Assembly: GCF_044222345.1 (NCBI RefSeq)
Contig: NZ_JBGANL010000005.1
Coordinates: 66,784 to 90,783, forward strand
Length of the DNA stretch: 24,000 nt
Direction: 5' to 3'
Origin: Prosthecobacter sp.
GTDB lineage: Bacteria > Verrucomicrobiota > Verrucomicrobiia > Verrucomicrobiales > Verrucomicrobiaceae
Shown here: positions 1 through 7,804 of the stretch, piece after piece
Numbering within the stretch: position 1 is the stretch's first letter
How the letters are laid out: each line of letters starts with the position of its first letter
Made by a program: the position numbers and the translations under genes
Notes under the pieces: model-generated
What the model was told of the DNA's origin: nothing
What the model saw: the letters and a program-made list of their open reading frames with translations, nothing else
Database searches by the model: none

Positions 1-576
1 AAGTCTTCCGGACTGGCTGCCATCGGGCTGAAGAAAAATCCCGTGCCGGTACCCGCTCCCGCCGTGGTGCAGGCTCCACGGGTCCAAGAGCCGGACGTGA
101 AGAAGATGCTGCCGGTGTGGCTGCTGGCGGACATTCCTGAATTTGCTGATGCCAAGAATGCCGGGCTGTCTCCTGCCCAGATCATGGAACAAATGAGGCA
201 AAGTCTGCGTGAGTTGGGTGCCCGGCAGATGGGGCAGTCGGTGCGTTTTGGGATGCTGAACCTTTCTGAACTGATGGCTATGGAACCCAAGGCATGGAAG
301 GCGAGCATGAATACGCTCGTCGCGAGCGAGAACCGCGCCTCGGCGATGCTGCTGACGTTCTTTCTTACTTATCTTGATCGTGGAGGTGACGGTGCAGGTG
401 TGAAAGCCCTGGTGAGGGCCATGGAGCAAGGCATGGCCGAGGAGAGCGCTGTGCGGGAGTTTATCCTGGCAGGGCGCAGTGTGTCTGAACTGGAACGTGA
501 GATGGGACGAGTGTTTGCGGAAGCCGGGGTGGAGCTCCAGTTTACACGGCGTGGTGGTCTGGCCATGAGGCCGTGA
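1..576 (+). CDS. hypothetical protein, C-terminal part (ORF open to the window edge)
   Basis: Frame 1 is open from nt 1 (KSSGLAAIGLKKNPV...) through the GTG at 43 to the TGA at 574-576. Codon third positions are GC-rich like the neighbouring genes. I recognise no family motif. Confidence 0.4.
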   Translation, partial: KSSGLAAIGLKKNPVPVPAPAVVQAPRVQEPDVKKMLPVWLLADIPEFADAKNAGLSPAQIMEQMRQSLRELGARQMGQSVRFGMLNLSELMAMEPKAWKASMNTLVASENRASAMLLTFFLTYLDRGGDGAGVKALVRAMEQGMAEESAVREFILAGRSVSELEREMGRVFAEAGVELQFTRRGGLAMRP

Positions 577-639
577 CGAATTCCGGGGGAGAATCCTTTT
601 GCCCCGTCTGGTTTTTGCCTTTAATCCCTGCTCATCTCC

Positions 640-1662
640 ATGAAAACTTCCTGGCCCATCCGCCTTGTGCGTGCGCTGTTCTTTGCGTTCTCCGTTTTCA
701 TTGGCATTGCGATCGCCCTGGGCCTGGACCAGGACGCCTGGGTCGGAGCGCTGAGTGGTGCAGTGTTCATGGGGCTGCTGGTGGTGCTGGATGTGATGCT
801 GGCGCATTTCACCCTGAGGGATTTTTCCCACGCCACGCTGGGGCTTGCGGTGGGGCTCTTCTGCGCGTGGCTGATCACGCGCATCGGCGTGTTCCAGCTC
901 GCCTATTTCCAAAATCACGAGGAAGGGGTGGCTCTGCAAAATGTCGCGGAGATCTGCATCTATGGGACGCTGGCGTTTTTCGGGGTCACGTTTGCGCTGC
1001 GCAGTGACCGGGACCAGTTTGCCTTTTTGATCCCGTACATCCGGTTCCGCCGTGATGGTTCTGAAGGTGAACCGCTGCTGCTGGACACGAATGTCGTCAT
1101 GGACGCCCGGCTGACTGGGGTGTTTGCCACCGGATTTCTCAGCGGTGCCGTCGTGGTGCCGCGTTGCGTTTTGGACGGGCTTCAGCATCTGGCAGACTCC
1201 TCCGAGGTGGCTCAATCTCTGCGGGGCAAGCGAGGTTTGGAGATGATGGAAAAACTGCGGGCAAGGCCTGAGATGAAGGTTTCCATCCATGAGGACGGCT
1301 CTTCAGATGCTTCGGTGGAAGTGCGGCTGGTCACGCTGGCGCGTGAGCTGAACGCCCGCCTGCTGACCAATGACGACAATCTTGCCAAGGTGGCCCGGCT
1401 GCGCGGTATCACCGTGCTCAGCCTGCGCGAGCTGGCTGCAGCCTTGAATCCAGAACTCAGCGTGGGCGATGAACTGCGGCTGCCGCTGACCAAACCTGGC
1501 AAGGACAAGAATCAGGCGGTGGGTTATCTGCCCGACGGTGCCATGATCGTGGTGAACAACGCCGCCGCGCAGATCGGTCAAACGGTGGAGGTGGTGGTTT
1601 CGGGCACCCTTCCGACCAGTGCCGGAAGGTTGATCTTTGCTGAGATCAAACCGGCCGCGTGA
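640..1662 (+). CDS. PIN/TRAM domain membrane protein (YacL-type architecture)
   Basis: The N-terminal ~110 aa form about four hydrophobic helices. 'PLLLDTNVVMDARL' and 'RLLTNDDNLAKVARLRGITVLSL' look like the acidic PIN-domain motifs. The C-terminal 'GQTVEVVVSGTLPTSAGRLIFAEIK' looks like a TRAM barrel. Confidence 0.75.
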   Translation: MKTSWPIRLVRALFFAFSVFIGIAIALGLDQDAWVGALSGAVFMGLLVVLDVMLAHFTLRDFSHATLGLAVGLFCAWLITRIGVFQLAYFQNHEEGVALQNVAEICIYGTLAFFGVTFALRSDRDQFAFLIPYIRFRRDGSEGEPLLLDTNVVMDARLTGVFATGFLSGAVVVPRCVLDGLQHLADSSEVAQSLRGKRGLEMMEKLRARPEMKVSIHEDGSSDASVEVRLVTLARELNARLLTNDDNLAKVARLRGITVLSLRELAAALNPELSVGDELRLPLTKPGKDKNQAVGYLPDGAMIVVNNAAAQIGQTVEVVVSGTLPTSAGRLIFAEIKPAA

Positions 1663-2668
1663 CGCGCCTGCGCTGCATCCAACCCGCTGAGAGGGCCAGC
1701 ATCACCAGCAAAGCCGACTGAGGCTCTGGAACCATGGTGATGGACATGATGGAGGCCGCGCTGGTGGAGATGCGCGAGGCGTACATGCTGGAGGGATTGT
1801 CCAGAGGGAGGTCGGGGATGAATGTCCAGCCAAAGGAGTCGGAGCCCTGATAAAGACCGCCGCGATCAAACAAGGCCGCATTGAAATCGCTGCCATCTCC
1901 AGTAACGTTGTTGGTGTCGAACATGCCATCAATGCTGTAGTTCACGCCAGCCAGTTTCCAGATGCCGCCATCATTGACGAACACGCCGCCGCCGGAATCA
2001 CCGTTGGAGAGGGTGGCTTCTTCGGCGGTGCCACTGGCACTGAAAGAAGCGGTGAGCAGATCGCCAACGGCGCTCGAATAAATTCCGCTGACCGTGTTGG
2101 TGCCCCAACGCGCTGTGCCGTCAGGATTGGTGTCCTGCCAGCCGTGCAGAATCCCTCCGACGAGAACGTCCGCACCGCGTGGACCGCCTCTGCCGTTGAC
2201 CTCCATGGTCAGGCCCGTTTCGGATGATCCCGTATAAAGCGGAGCATAGGTGGAAAAAGTTTCCTGGATTTTGAAGATGCGCAGGTCAGTGCCCGCGATG
2301 TCCCAGTAGCCGACGCCGCCGTTGGCTGCGGTGTCGATGTTGTAGGTCACATCCGCGCCACCGCTGAAAATGCCGTTTTGCGTAAAGGTGGAGCCCTGAG
2401 TGCCAAAATGCTGTGCAGTGATGAAGTACTGCGGGGCGATCATGGTGCCGAGATAGGCGCCGTAAGTGCCTTCATACTGCCAGCCTGAATTGGCAAAGAT
2501 GCCGGTGGGTGCCGTGGTGTTGTGAGTTGGATCAGCAGTGGCTTCAAATACGATCGCGCGACACGGAGTAAAGCCAAGGCAAAGCAGCGCGGATGTTGCG
2601 CAGATGATGCGCGAGCATATAGAAGCTGATGCTTTGGAGACCAGGAACATCAAGCAATGTCTCACCAT
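1646..2668 (-). CDS. secreted trypsin-like serine protease with PEP-CTERM sorting signal
   Basis: The N-terminus is signal-peptide-like. Trypsin-fold triad contexts are 'ITAQHFG' (His), 'GTDLRIFKI' (Asp) and 'NGDSGGGVF' (Ser). The C-terminal 'VPEPQSALLVMLALSAGWMQRRR' is VPEP + TM + Arg cluster, i.e. PEP-CTERM. Start uncertain (alternative Met at 2650). Confidence 0.75.
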   Translation of the reverse strand: MVRHCLMFLVSKASASICSRIICATSALLCLGFTPCRAIVFEATADPTHNTTAPTGIFANSGWQYEGTYGAYLGTMIAPQYFITAQHFGTQGSTFTQNGIFSGGADVTYNIDTAANGGVGYWDIAGTDLRIFKIQETFSTYAPLYTGSSETGLTMEVNGRGGPRGADVLVGGILHGWQDTNPDGTARWGTNTVSGIYSSAVGDLLTASFSASGTAEEATLSNGDSGGGVFVNDGGIWKLAGVNYSIDGMFDTNNVTGDGSDFNAALFDRGGLYQGSDSFGWTFIPDLPLDNPSSMYASRISTSAASIMSITMVPEPQSALLVMLALSAGWMQRRRVTRPV

Positions 2669-2825
2669 GTTTATGAATTACCATAAAACTCTGCTGAATT
2701 GCCTTAAATTTGTCCCCGCAAGCATCATCAAAGTCGGATTTGCAAATGACGTGGTCTTTGCTCGGTGAAAACCTGCTCGACACACAGGTCGTTTTTGTTA
2801 TGGGTGACAGGATTGTGACGCAAAA

Positions 2826-4178
2826 ATGAAAAATGGTTCATTCATTAACATGCTGGGTGCCTGCGTTTTCCCGCCGCTCGTCGGCGTGGGGATTTGCTGG
2901 GGTATCATGCAAATTTTGAAGAACCATGAAATGTTTCGTCTGGATGTGGTCACACTGCCCACTGCCACGGTCAGCAAGGTGCGTCAGGGCAAGCTGAGCG
3001 GGACCAGTGCTGAGATCCGTGCCTCGCTGCCTGTTGATGCTAGCTTCGACCCTGTGCGGTCACTGCCAGTGCCGCCGAACGCGGAAAAAACCGCGCTCAG
3101 ACGTGCGGCTGAGGCACCAAAGGTGAAACCGTTCATTGCTACGGAGCTGTCGCGCGGGGATGCCGGGGGGGGCACCGCCAGGAAGTCTGACAAGCCCTCT
3201 CCTGCCATCGCCTTTAAAACGCCTGCCTGGCGTCCGATCCTTGATCCGATCACGGATCACTGGACACGATTGATGCCGCGCACGGCTGCGCTGCCGCAGG
3301 CCTACCAAGCCGTGCTCAACGATGACGCTGCTCATCTGGCGAAGATCATTGCCATGGGAATTTCCCCCAACGAAATGACCCTGGGCGGGGATACGCCGCT
3401 GTGCGCCGCCGTGCGCATGGGACGTGCGGATTGTGTGAATGTGCTGGCGCTCTCGGGTGTGAACCTGAACCAGCCTGCGCATGAAAAGCAGCCACCGATA
3501 GCGATAGCCTCCCTGCGCCGGAATACGCCCGTGCTGCAGGCGCTGCTGGATTTTGGCGTTGATCCCAACACGCGCTTCAACACTCCCATTCACAAGCAGG
3601 TCATTGACCGCTGCACGATCAAAGATCTTCGAAACGCCATGGAAAGCGATCGCGGAATCACTCCGATGATCTGCTGTGCTGCGCGTGGCGATGTGGAAGG
3701 CGCGGTCACTTTGATGCGCGCAGGAGGCCGGCCAGGAATGGGGACCACGCGTTATCATCGTTATCCCATTAACTTTGCCGCCACGCAGGGGTATCTATTT
3801 CTGATGCGCGTCCTGCTGGGTCGGGATCCGGAGTCGGAGCCGGACACGCTGGTGACCGTCGATCTCTCGAGTCAACGTGCCTGGGTGACCAAGCAGGGGC
3901 GCATTATCAACCACACCATGGTTTCCACCGGACGTGAAGGCTATGGCACACCGGCAGGGCGCTATGTCATCACCGACAAGCACACCTCCCATGTCTCCAC
4001 GCTCTACCATGTGGCCATGCCGTGGTTCATGCGCTTGAATTGCGGGGCGATCGGCCTGCACAGCGGATATGTCACGGGTCAGCCCGCGTCACACGGCTGC
4101 ATTCGTCTGCCCTATGAGAAGGCGAAGCAATTTTTCAGTCAGGTCCGCGTGGGGGACGAGGTGGAGATTGTTTATTGA
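2826..4178 (+). CDS. membrane-anchored ankyrin-repeat L,D-transpeptidase (YkuD domain)
   Basis: N-terminal TM segment 'CVFPPLVGVGICWGIMQIL' followed by an Ala/Pro-rich linker. Ankyrin-like repeats include 'GDTPLCAAVRMGRADCVNVLALSGVNLNQ' and 'ITPMICCAARGDVEGAVTLMRAGG'. The C-terminal YkuD catalytic motif is 'GLHSGYVTGQPASHGCIRL'. Confidence 0.8.
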   Translation: MKNGSFINMLGACVFPPLVGVGICWGIMQILKNHEMFRLDVVTLPTATVSKVRQGKLSGTSAEIRASLPVDASFDPVRSLPVPPNAEKTALRRAAEAPKVKPFIATELSRGDAGGGTARKSDKPSPAIAFKTPAWRPILDPITDHWTRLMPRTAALPQAYQAVLNDDAAHLAKIIAMGISPNEMTLGGDTPLCAAVRMGRADCVNVLALSGVNLNQPAHEKQPPIAIASLRRNTPVLQALLDFGVDPNTRFNTPIHKQVIDRCTIKDLRNAMESDRGITPMICCAARGDVEGAVTLMRAGGRPGMGTTRYHRYPINFAATQGYLFLMRVLLGRDPESEPDTLVTVDLSSQRAWVTKQGRIINHTMVSTGREGYGTPAGRYVITDKHTSHVSTLYHVAMPWFMRLNCGAIGLHSGYVTGQPASHGCIRLPYEKAKQFFSQVRVGDEVEIVY

Positions 4179-4201
4179 GGAACCCTTCCGGCTCCAACCG
4201 C

Positions 4202-5584
4202 CTACAGTGTCTTCAGCAGCTTGTCGTGGATGCCGTCGAAGCCGCCGTTGCTGAAGACCACGATGACATCGCCCGTGTGAGTTTCCTGTTTCAGACGATT
4301 TACGATGGCGTCGGTGTCTGCTTCAAACCAGCAGGGCTTGCCGCGTGCCGTGACTGACTGCGCCACCTTGGCGGTGTCCAGGCGTTGATCTGCCGCGACT
4401 TTCTCCGGATTGGCCACGGCCGCGATGACGGAGCCATCGGCCTCGGTCAGTGCCTCGATCAATTCATTCTGCAGCACGTTGCGGCGGCTTGTGTTTGAGC
4501 GCGGTTCAAAAAGCGCCCACAGGCGGCGGCCGTTATAGCGCTGGCGAAGGCCGCGCAGCGTCTCGCGAATGGCAGTCGGGTGATGACCGAAGTCATCGAT
4601 GATCGTGATGCCGTGGGCGGTGCCACGCTCTTGCTGACGACGGCGGATGCCGCGGAAACTGGCCAGGCCGGCGCGGATTTCATCATCACTCAAGCCGGCA
4701 AACCGGGCCGCACACACACACATGGCCGCGTTGCGCGCATTGAATTCGCCGACCATCGGCACTTCGAACGCAACGCCGTTGATTTCGAACTGCGTGGTCT
4801 CAGGTGTCACGCCGGTGATCGTGATGCGGAAATCGCAGTCTGGTCCCAGGCCCACGGTCTTGAGCGGGGCCGGGCATTTCGCACGCAGAGAGAGGCAGTT
4901 GGGATCGTCGCCGTTGATCAGGACAAGGCCGTTGCGAGGAACCGTGTTGAGGAAGCGCTGAAAGGAGAGCAGGATTTCATCGAGGTCACGGAAGATGTCC
5001 GCGTGATCGAACTCGATGTTGTTCACGATGGCGCACTCGGGCAGGTAGTGGAGGAACTTGCTGCGCTTGTCGAAGTAGGCGGTGTCGTACTCGTCGCCTT
5101 CGATCACAAACAGGTCCGAGTGGGTGAAGCGTGCGCCGGATTCGAAATTCTCAGGCACGCCGCCAATCATGAAGCCGGGGTTTTTGCCGGCGTGCTCATA
5201 GATCCACGCCAGCATCGTGGTCGTGGTTGTTTTGCCGTGCGTGCCGCTCACCACAAAGCTGCGTTTGCCCTGGATGACTTCGCGCTTCAACATCTCCGCC
5301 ATGGAGACGTAGGGCAGCTTTTTCTCCAGCAGGGCTTCGAGTTCGGGATTGCCGCGTGAGATCGCGTTGCCCACGACATACACATCCGCCTGCTGCGGCA
5401 GGTTCTCCGGATTGTAGCCTTCGGTCACGGTGATGCCTGCATCACGCAGCACATCGCTCATGGGCGGATAGACTGAATTGTCGGAGCCGCTGATGGTGTG
5501 ACCGAGGGCGCGCAGCGCGACTGCGGTGGAGCCCATTGCCGTGCCGCAGATGCCGATGAAATGAATGTGCTTGGGAGATGCCAT
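4202..5584 (-). CDS. mpl: UDP-N-acetylmuramate:L-alanyl-gamma-D-glutamyl-meso-diaminopimelate ligase (murein peptide ligase)
   Basis: The N-terminus 'IHFIGICGTAMGSTAVALRALGHTISGSDNSVYPPMSDVL' closely parallels E. coli Mpl. It has the Mur-ligase P-loop 'GTHGKTTTTTM', and 460 aa is typical for Mpl. Confidence 0.85.
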   Translation of the reverse strand: MASPKHIHFIGICGTAMGSTAVALRALGHTISGSDNSVYPPMSDVLRDAGITVTEGYNPENLPQQADVYVVGNAISRGNPELEALLEKKLPYVSMAEMLKREVIQGKRSFVVSGTHGKTTTTTMLAWIYEHAGKNPGFMIGGVPENFESGARFTHSDLFVIEGDEYDTAYFDKRSKFLHYLPECAIVNNIEFDHADIFRDLDEILLSFQRFLNTVPRNGLVLINGDDPNCLSLRAKCPAPLKTVGLGPDCDFRITITGVTPETTQFEINGVAFEVPMVGEFNARNAAMCVCAARFAGLSDDEIRAGLASFRGIRRRQQERGTAHGITIIDDFGHHPTAIRETLRGLRQRYNGRRLWALFEPRSNTSRRNVLQNELIEALTEADGSVIAAVANPEKVAADQRLDTAKVAQSVTARGKPCWFEADTDAIVNRLKQETHTGDVIVVFSNGGFDGIHDKLLKTL

Positions 5585-5769
5585 GGAAAGAGGGGCGCAC
5601 GGTTCAAGCCCAGGCGCAGACGTGAACTAAAGCAGGGCTTTTTGCCCCCTGCTAAAAGAATTTCACTTGGGCGGGAATAATCGCAGCAGCGGGGGCTCAC
5701 ACGATGCGACGGCTCGAACCCACGCAGCCGGCAGAACTAACAAACCAACTAACGCACTCCACACCTACC

Positions 5770-6027
5770 ATGAGCACCAAGCACATCATCGCCGCCGCCG
5801 CCTTCACCGGTCTCCTCTCCGGCGCCTACGCCGCCCAGACCACCAGCACCCAGAAGGCCGCCAGCCTCGGCGTCTCCATCGAAAAGATGGCTGACAAAGG
5901 CCAGCACGCCTGCAAGGGACACAATGCCTGCAAGGGACAGGGCGGCTGCAAGTCCGGCGACAACGGCTGCAAAGGCAAGAACTCCTGCAAAGGCAAAGGC
6001 GGCTGCAACACCATGCCGAAGAAGTAA
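5770..6027 (+). CDS. Sec-signal Cys-repeat precursor peptide (bufferin/HvfA-like RiPP metallophore precursor candidate)
   Basis: 86 aa. Signal peptide 'MSTKHIIAAAAFTGLLSGAYA|AQ' with an AxA-type site. The C-terminal core 'ACKGHNACKGQGGCKSGDNGCKGKNSCKGKGGCNT' has six Cys in two duplicated 3-Cys modules. It lies immediately upstream of DUF692/DUF2063/DoxX genes. An in-frame ATG at 5704 is an alternative start that would add 22 aa before the signal peptide. Confidence 0.7.
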   Translation: MSTKHIIAAAAFTGLLSGAYAAQTTSTQKAASLGVSIEKMADKGQHACKGHNACKGQGGCKSGDNGCKGKNSCKGKGGCNTMPKK

Positions 6028-6040
6028 GCCAAATCGATTT

Positions 6041-6084
6041 CCGCAGCCACACGACACCTCCCGCGTGTGGCTGCGGTTGTCTTT
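6041..6084 (+). terminator. intrinsic-terminator-like hairpin (candidate attenuator) between precursor gene and DUF692 gene
   Basis: 'ccgcagccacacg' (6041-6053) pairs perfectly with 'cgtgtggctgcgg' (6064-6076). That gives a 13-bp GC-rich stem and a 10-nt loop, followed by the T-rich 'ttgtcttt' (6077-6084). It starts 14 nt after the precursor stop codon. Confidence 0.5.
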
Positions 6085-6108
6085 AACCCAGGCCTTCCCA
6101 ACCCAGCA

Positions 6109-6951
6109 ATGCCCGCCAACCCTCACAACGGTCACACCGATCTCGGCATCGGTCTTGGCCTCCGAGTGCCGCACTACCGGCACATTCTGGAGAAAAAGCC
6201 CGTCTGTGACTGGTTTGAGATCATCTCCGAAAATTTCATGGTCGATGGCGGCCGACCGCTGGAGGTGCTGGACAGTATTCTGGAGCAGTATCGCGTCGTG
6301 CAGCACGGCGTCGCTATGTACTTTGGCAATGCCGATCCTCTGAACCGCGATCACCTCAAAAAACTCAAGCGTCTGGTGAAGCGCACCAACACGCCCTGGC
6401 TCTCCGATCACCTCTGCTGGGGCAGCGTGGGTGGCCGGTGCTCGCATGATCTCCTGCCCATGCCTTACACGACGAGCGTGGCCAGACACACGGCTGAGAA
6501 GATCAGGCAGGCGCGCGATTTTCTCGAAGTGCCCATCTGTGTCGAAAATGTGAGCAGCTATGCCGAATTCACCCAGAACGAGATGACCGAATGGGAGTTC
6601 CTCAACGAAGTCGTCGAGCAAGCCGATTGCGGCATCCTCCTGGATGTAAACAATATCTACGTTTCCTCTCAAAATCACGGCTTCGATCCCTTCGAGTATC
6701 TTCGTGCAGTGCCGCATCATCGTGTGGGCCAGATTCACATCGCGGGTCACACACGGTATGAAAACGTCATCCTTGACACGCACGATCATCCCGTGCCCGA
6801 TCCCGTGTGGGATCTCTACGCCGAGGCGATCAAACTTTCCGGCAGCACCGCCACGCTGCTCGAATGGGACGACAAAATCCCCAGCTTCGAAGACGTTCAC
6901 GCCGAAGCGCTCAAAGCCAGCCGCTATCTCCATGAGCACGCGCACGCCTAG
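6109..6951 (+). CDS. DUF692 family multinuclear non-heme iron enzyme (MbnB/BufB/HvfB-like)
   Basis: Family-typical motifs run along the whole length: 'LGIGLGLR', 'DWFEIISENFM', 'VQHGVAMYFG', 'WLSDHLCW', 'HDLLPMPYT', 'VENVSSY', 'GILLDVNNIYVSSQNHGFDP', 'GQIHIAGH', 'ILDTHDHPVPDPVW' and 'TLLEWDD'. I chose the start at ATG 6109, downstream of the hairpin. The track ORF begins at GTG 6067, inside the hairpin. Confidence 0.9.
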   Translation: MPANPHNGHTDLGIGLGLRVPHYRHILEKKPVCDWFEIISENFMVDGGRPLEVLDSILEQYRVVQHGVAMYFGNADPLNRDHLKKLKRLVKRTNTPWLSDHLCWGSVGGRCSHDLLPMPYTTSVARHTAEKIRQARDFLEVPICVENVSSYAEFTQNEMTEWEFLNEVVEQADCGILLDVNNIYVSSQNHGFDPFEYLRAVPHHRVGQIHIAGHTRYENVILDTHDHPVPDPVWDLYAEAIKLSGSTATLLEWDDKIPSFEDVHAEALKASRYLHEHAHA

Positions 6952-7804
6952 CCAGATCCGCACCAATGCAGACCTGCGCCACCTGCAGCGCACGATGGCT
7001 GCCGCACTCATGCAGCCGCTTTCGCGTCAGGATGGCATGAATGCCAGAACGCAGGTCGATTTCATCACGCCAAACGATCGCATGAGCGGTTTCGATCGGC
7101 TCGAAATCTACGCCCGCCAGTATTGGTTCCGTCTGCTCGACTGCCTCTACGATGATTATCCTGCACTGCGCGTTTTTCTGGGCGAGCGTCGCTTTCACCA
7201 GCTGTGCCGCGACTACCTCGCGCAGCATCCCAGCAATTCCTGGACTCTGCGAAATCTTGGATCCGCCCTCCCCTCTTTTATTACGGATCTCAAGGCGCGT
7301 GATATTACCCGAGTTGAATGGGCGCAGACGCTTGCCTTTGACGAGGTGTTGAAAAAGCCGCTGCGGATCGATGATCTGCTTGGCACTGACCCCTCCACGC
7401 TTCGTCTGGGAATTCAGCCCTGCGTCGTGCTTCTAGAGATCGACCATGCGGTCGATCACTTCATCACCGCGATGAACAAGGCCGACGCCGATGTACGTGG
7501 TTCAGCCAGCCAGGCCATGTCCGAGGCGCCCACCCGTGACAGCATTGCCAAAGCACCGAAATTGAAACGTGAGCGTGTGCATCTGGTTGTCCATCGCCAC
7601 GACAACATGCTGTACTTCAAGCGCCTCTCCCTGGAGTCTTTCGCCATGCTAGCCGCACTGCGGGATGGCCTCACGCTGGCAGATGCCGTCGAACTCGCAC
7701 TTGCCCAAGCTGCTCCGGACACTGACTGGCCAGCACAAATCCGCGAATGGTTTACCGAGTTCTCTCAGCTCGGGTGGTTCGTCAAATCTCCCCAAAAATC
7801 ATGA
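6932..7804 (+). CDS. DUF2063 family protein (MbnC/BufC/HvfC-like partner of DUF692)
   Basis: N-terminal 'LRHLQRTMAAALMQP...FDRLEIYARQYWFRLLDCLYDDYPALRVFLGERRFHQLCRDYLAQHPSNSWTLRNLG' fits DUF2063 as I remember the family. ATG 6932 overlaps the DUF692 gene by 20 nt. This is the conserved position after DUF692. Confidence 0.8.
   Translation: MSTRTPSQIRTNADLRHLQRTMAAALMQPLSRQDGMNARTQVDFITPNDRMSGFDRLEIYARQYWFRLLDCLYDDYPALRVFLGERRFHQLCRDYLAQHPSNSWTLRNLGSALPSFITDLKARDITRVEWAQTLAFDEVLKKPLRIDDLLGTDPSTLRLGIQPCVVLLEIDHAVDHFITAMNKADADVRGSASQAMSEAPTRDSIAKAPKLKRERVHLVVHRHDNMLYFKRLSLESFAMLAALRDGLTLADAVELALAQAAPDTDWPAQIREWFTEFSQLGWFVKSPQKS

Noticed and set aside
3165-3172. Homopolymer tracts as phase-variation switches: G8 in the ankyrin-LDT gene, A8 at 9578-9585, T9 at 9485-9493 and A8 at 12951-12958
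   Set aside because: The tracts are short for slipped-strand switching. There is no evidence of alternative frames that would restore or abolish a product, so I note them only as sequence facts.
4580-5359. 259-aa and 104-aa + strand ORFs antisense to mpl. The same pattern occurs opposite the MetE-like, der and pgsA genes (14967-15659, 16014-16640, 16713-17657, 17246-17896).
   Set aside because: In each case the opposite strand encodes a confidently recognised housekeeping protein. These frames are low-complexity.
5601-5610. 'ggttcaagcc' T-loop-like string (and 'ggctcgaaccc' at 5712-5722) suggesting a tRNA
   Set aside because: The flanking bases do not form a 5-bp T-stem, and no acceptor or anticodon arms can be drawn. 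No tRNA is called.
5749-7011. 420-aa ORF on the - strand covering the precursor and DUF692 genes
   Set aside because: Its product is low-complexity Ala/Gly/Val/Arg-rich with no motifs. The + strand frames carry dense DUF692 family motifs. This is the typical antisense open frame of GC-rich DNA.
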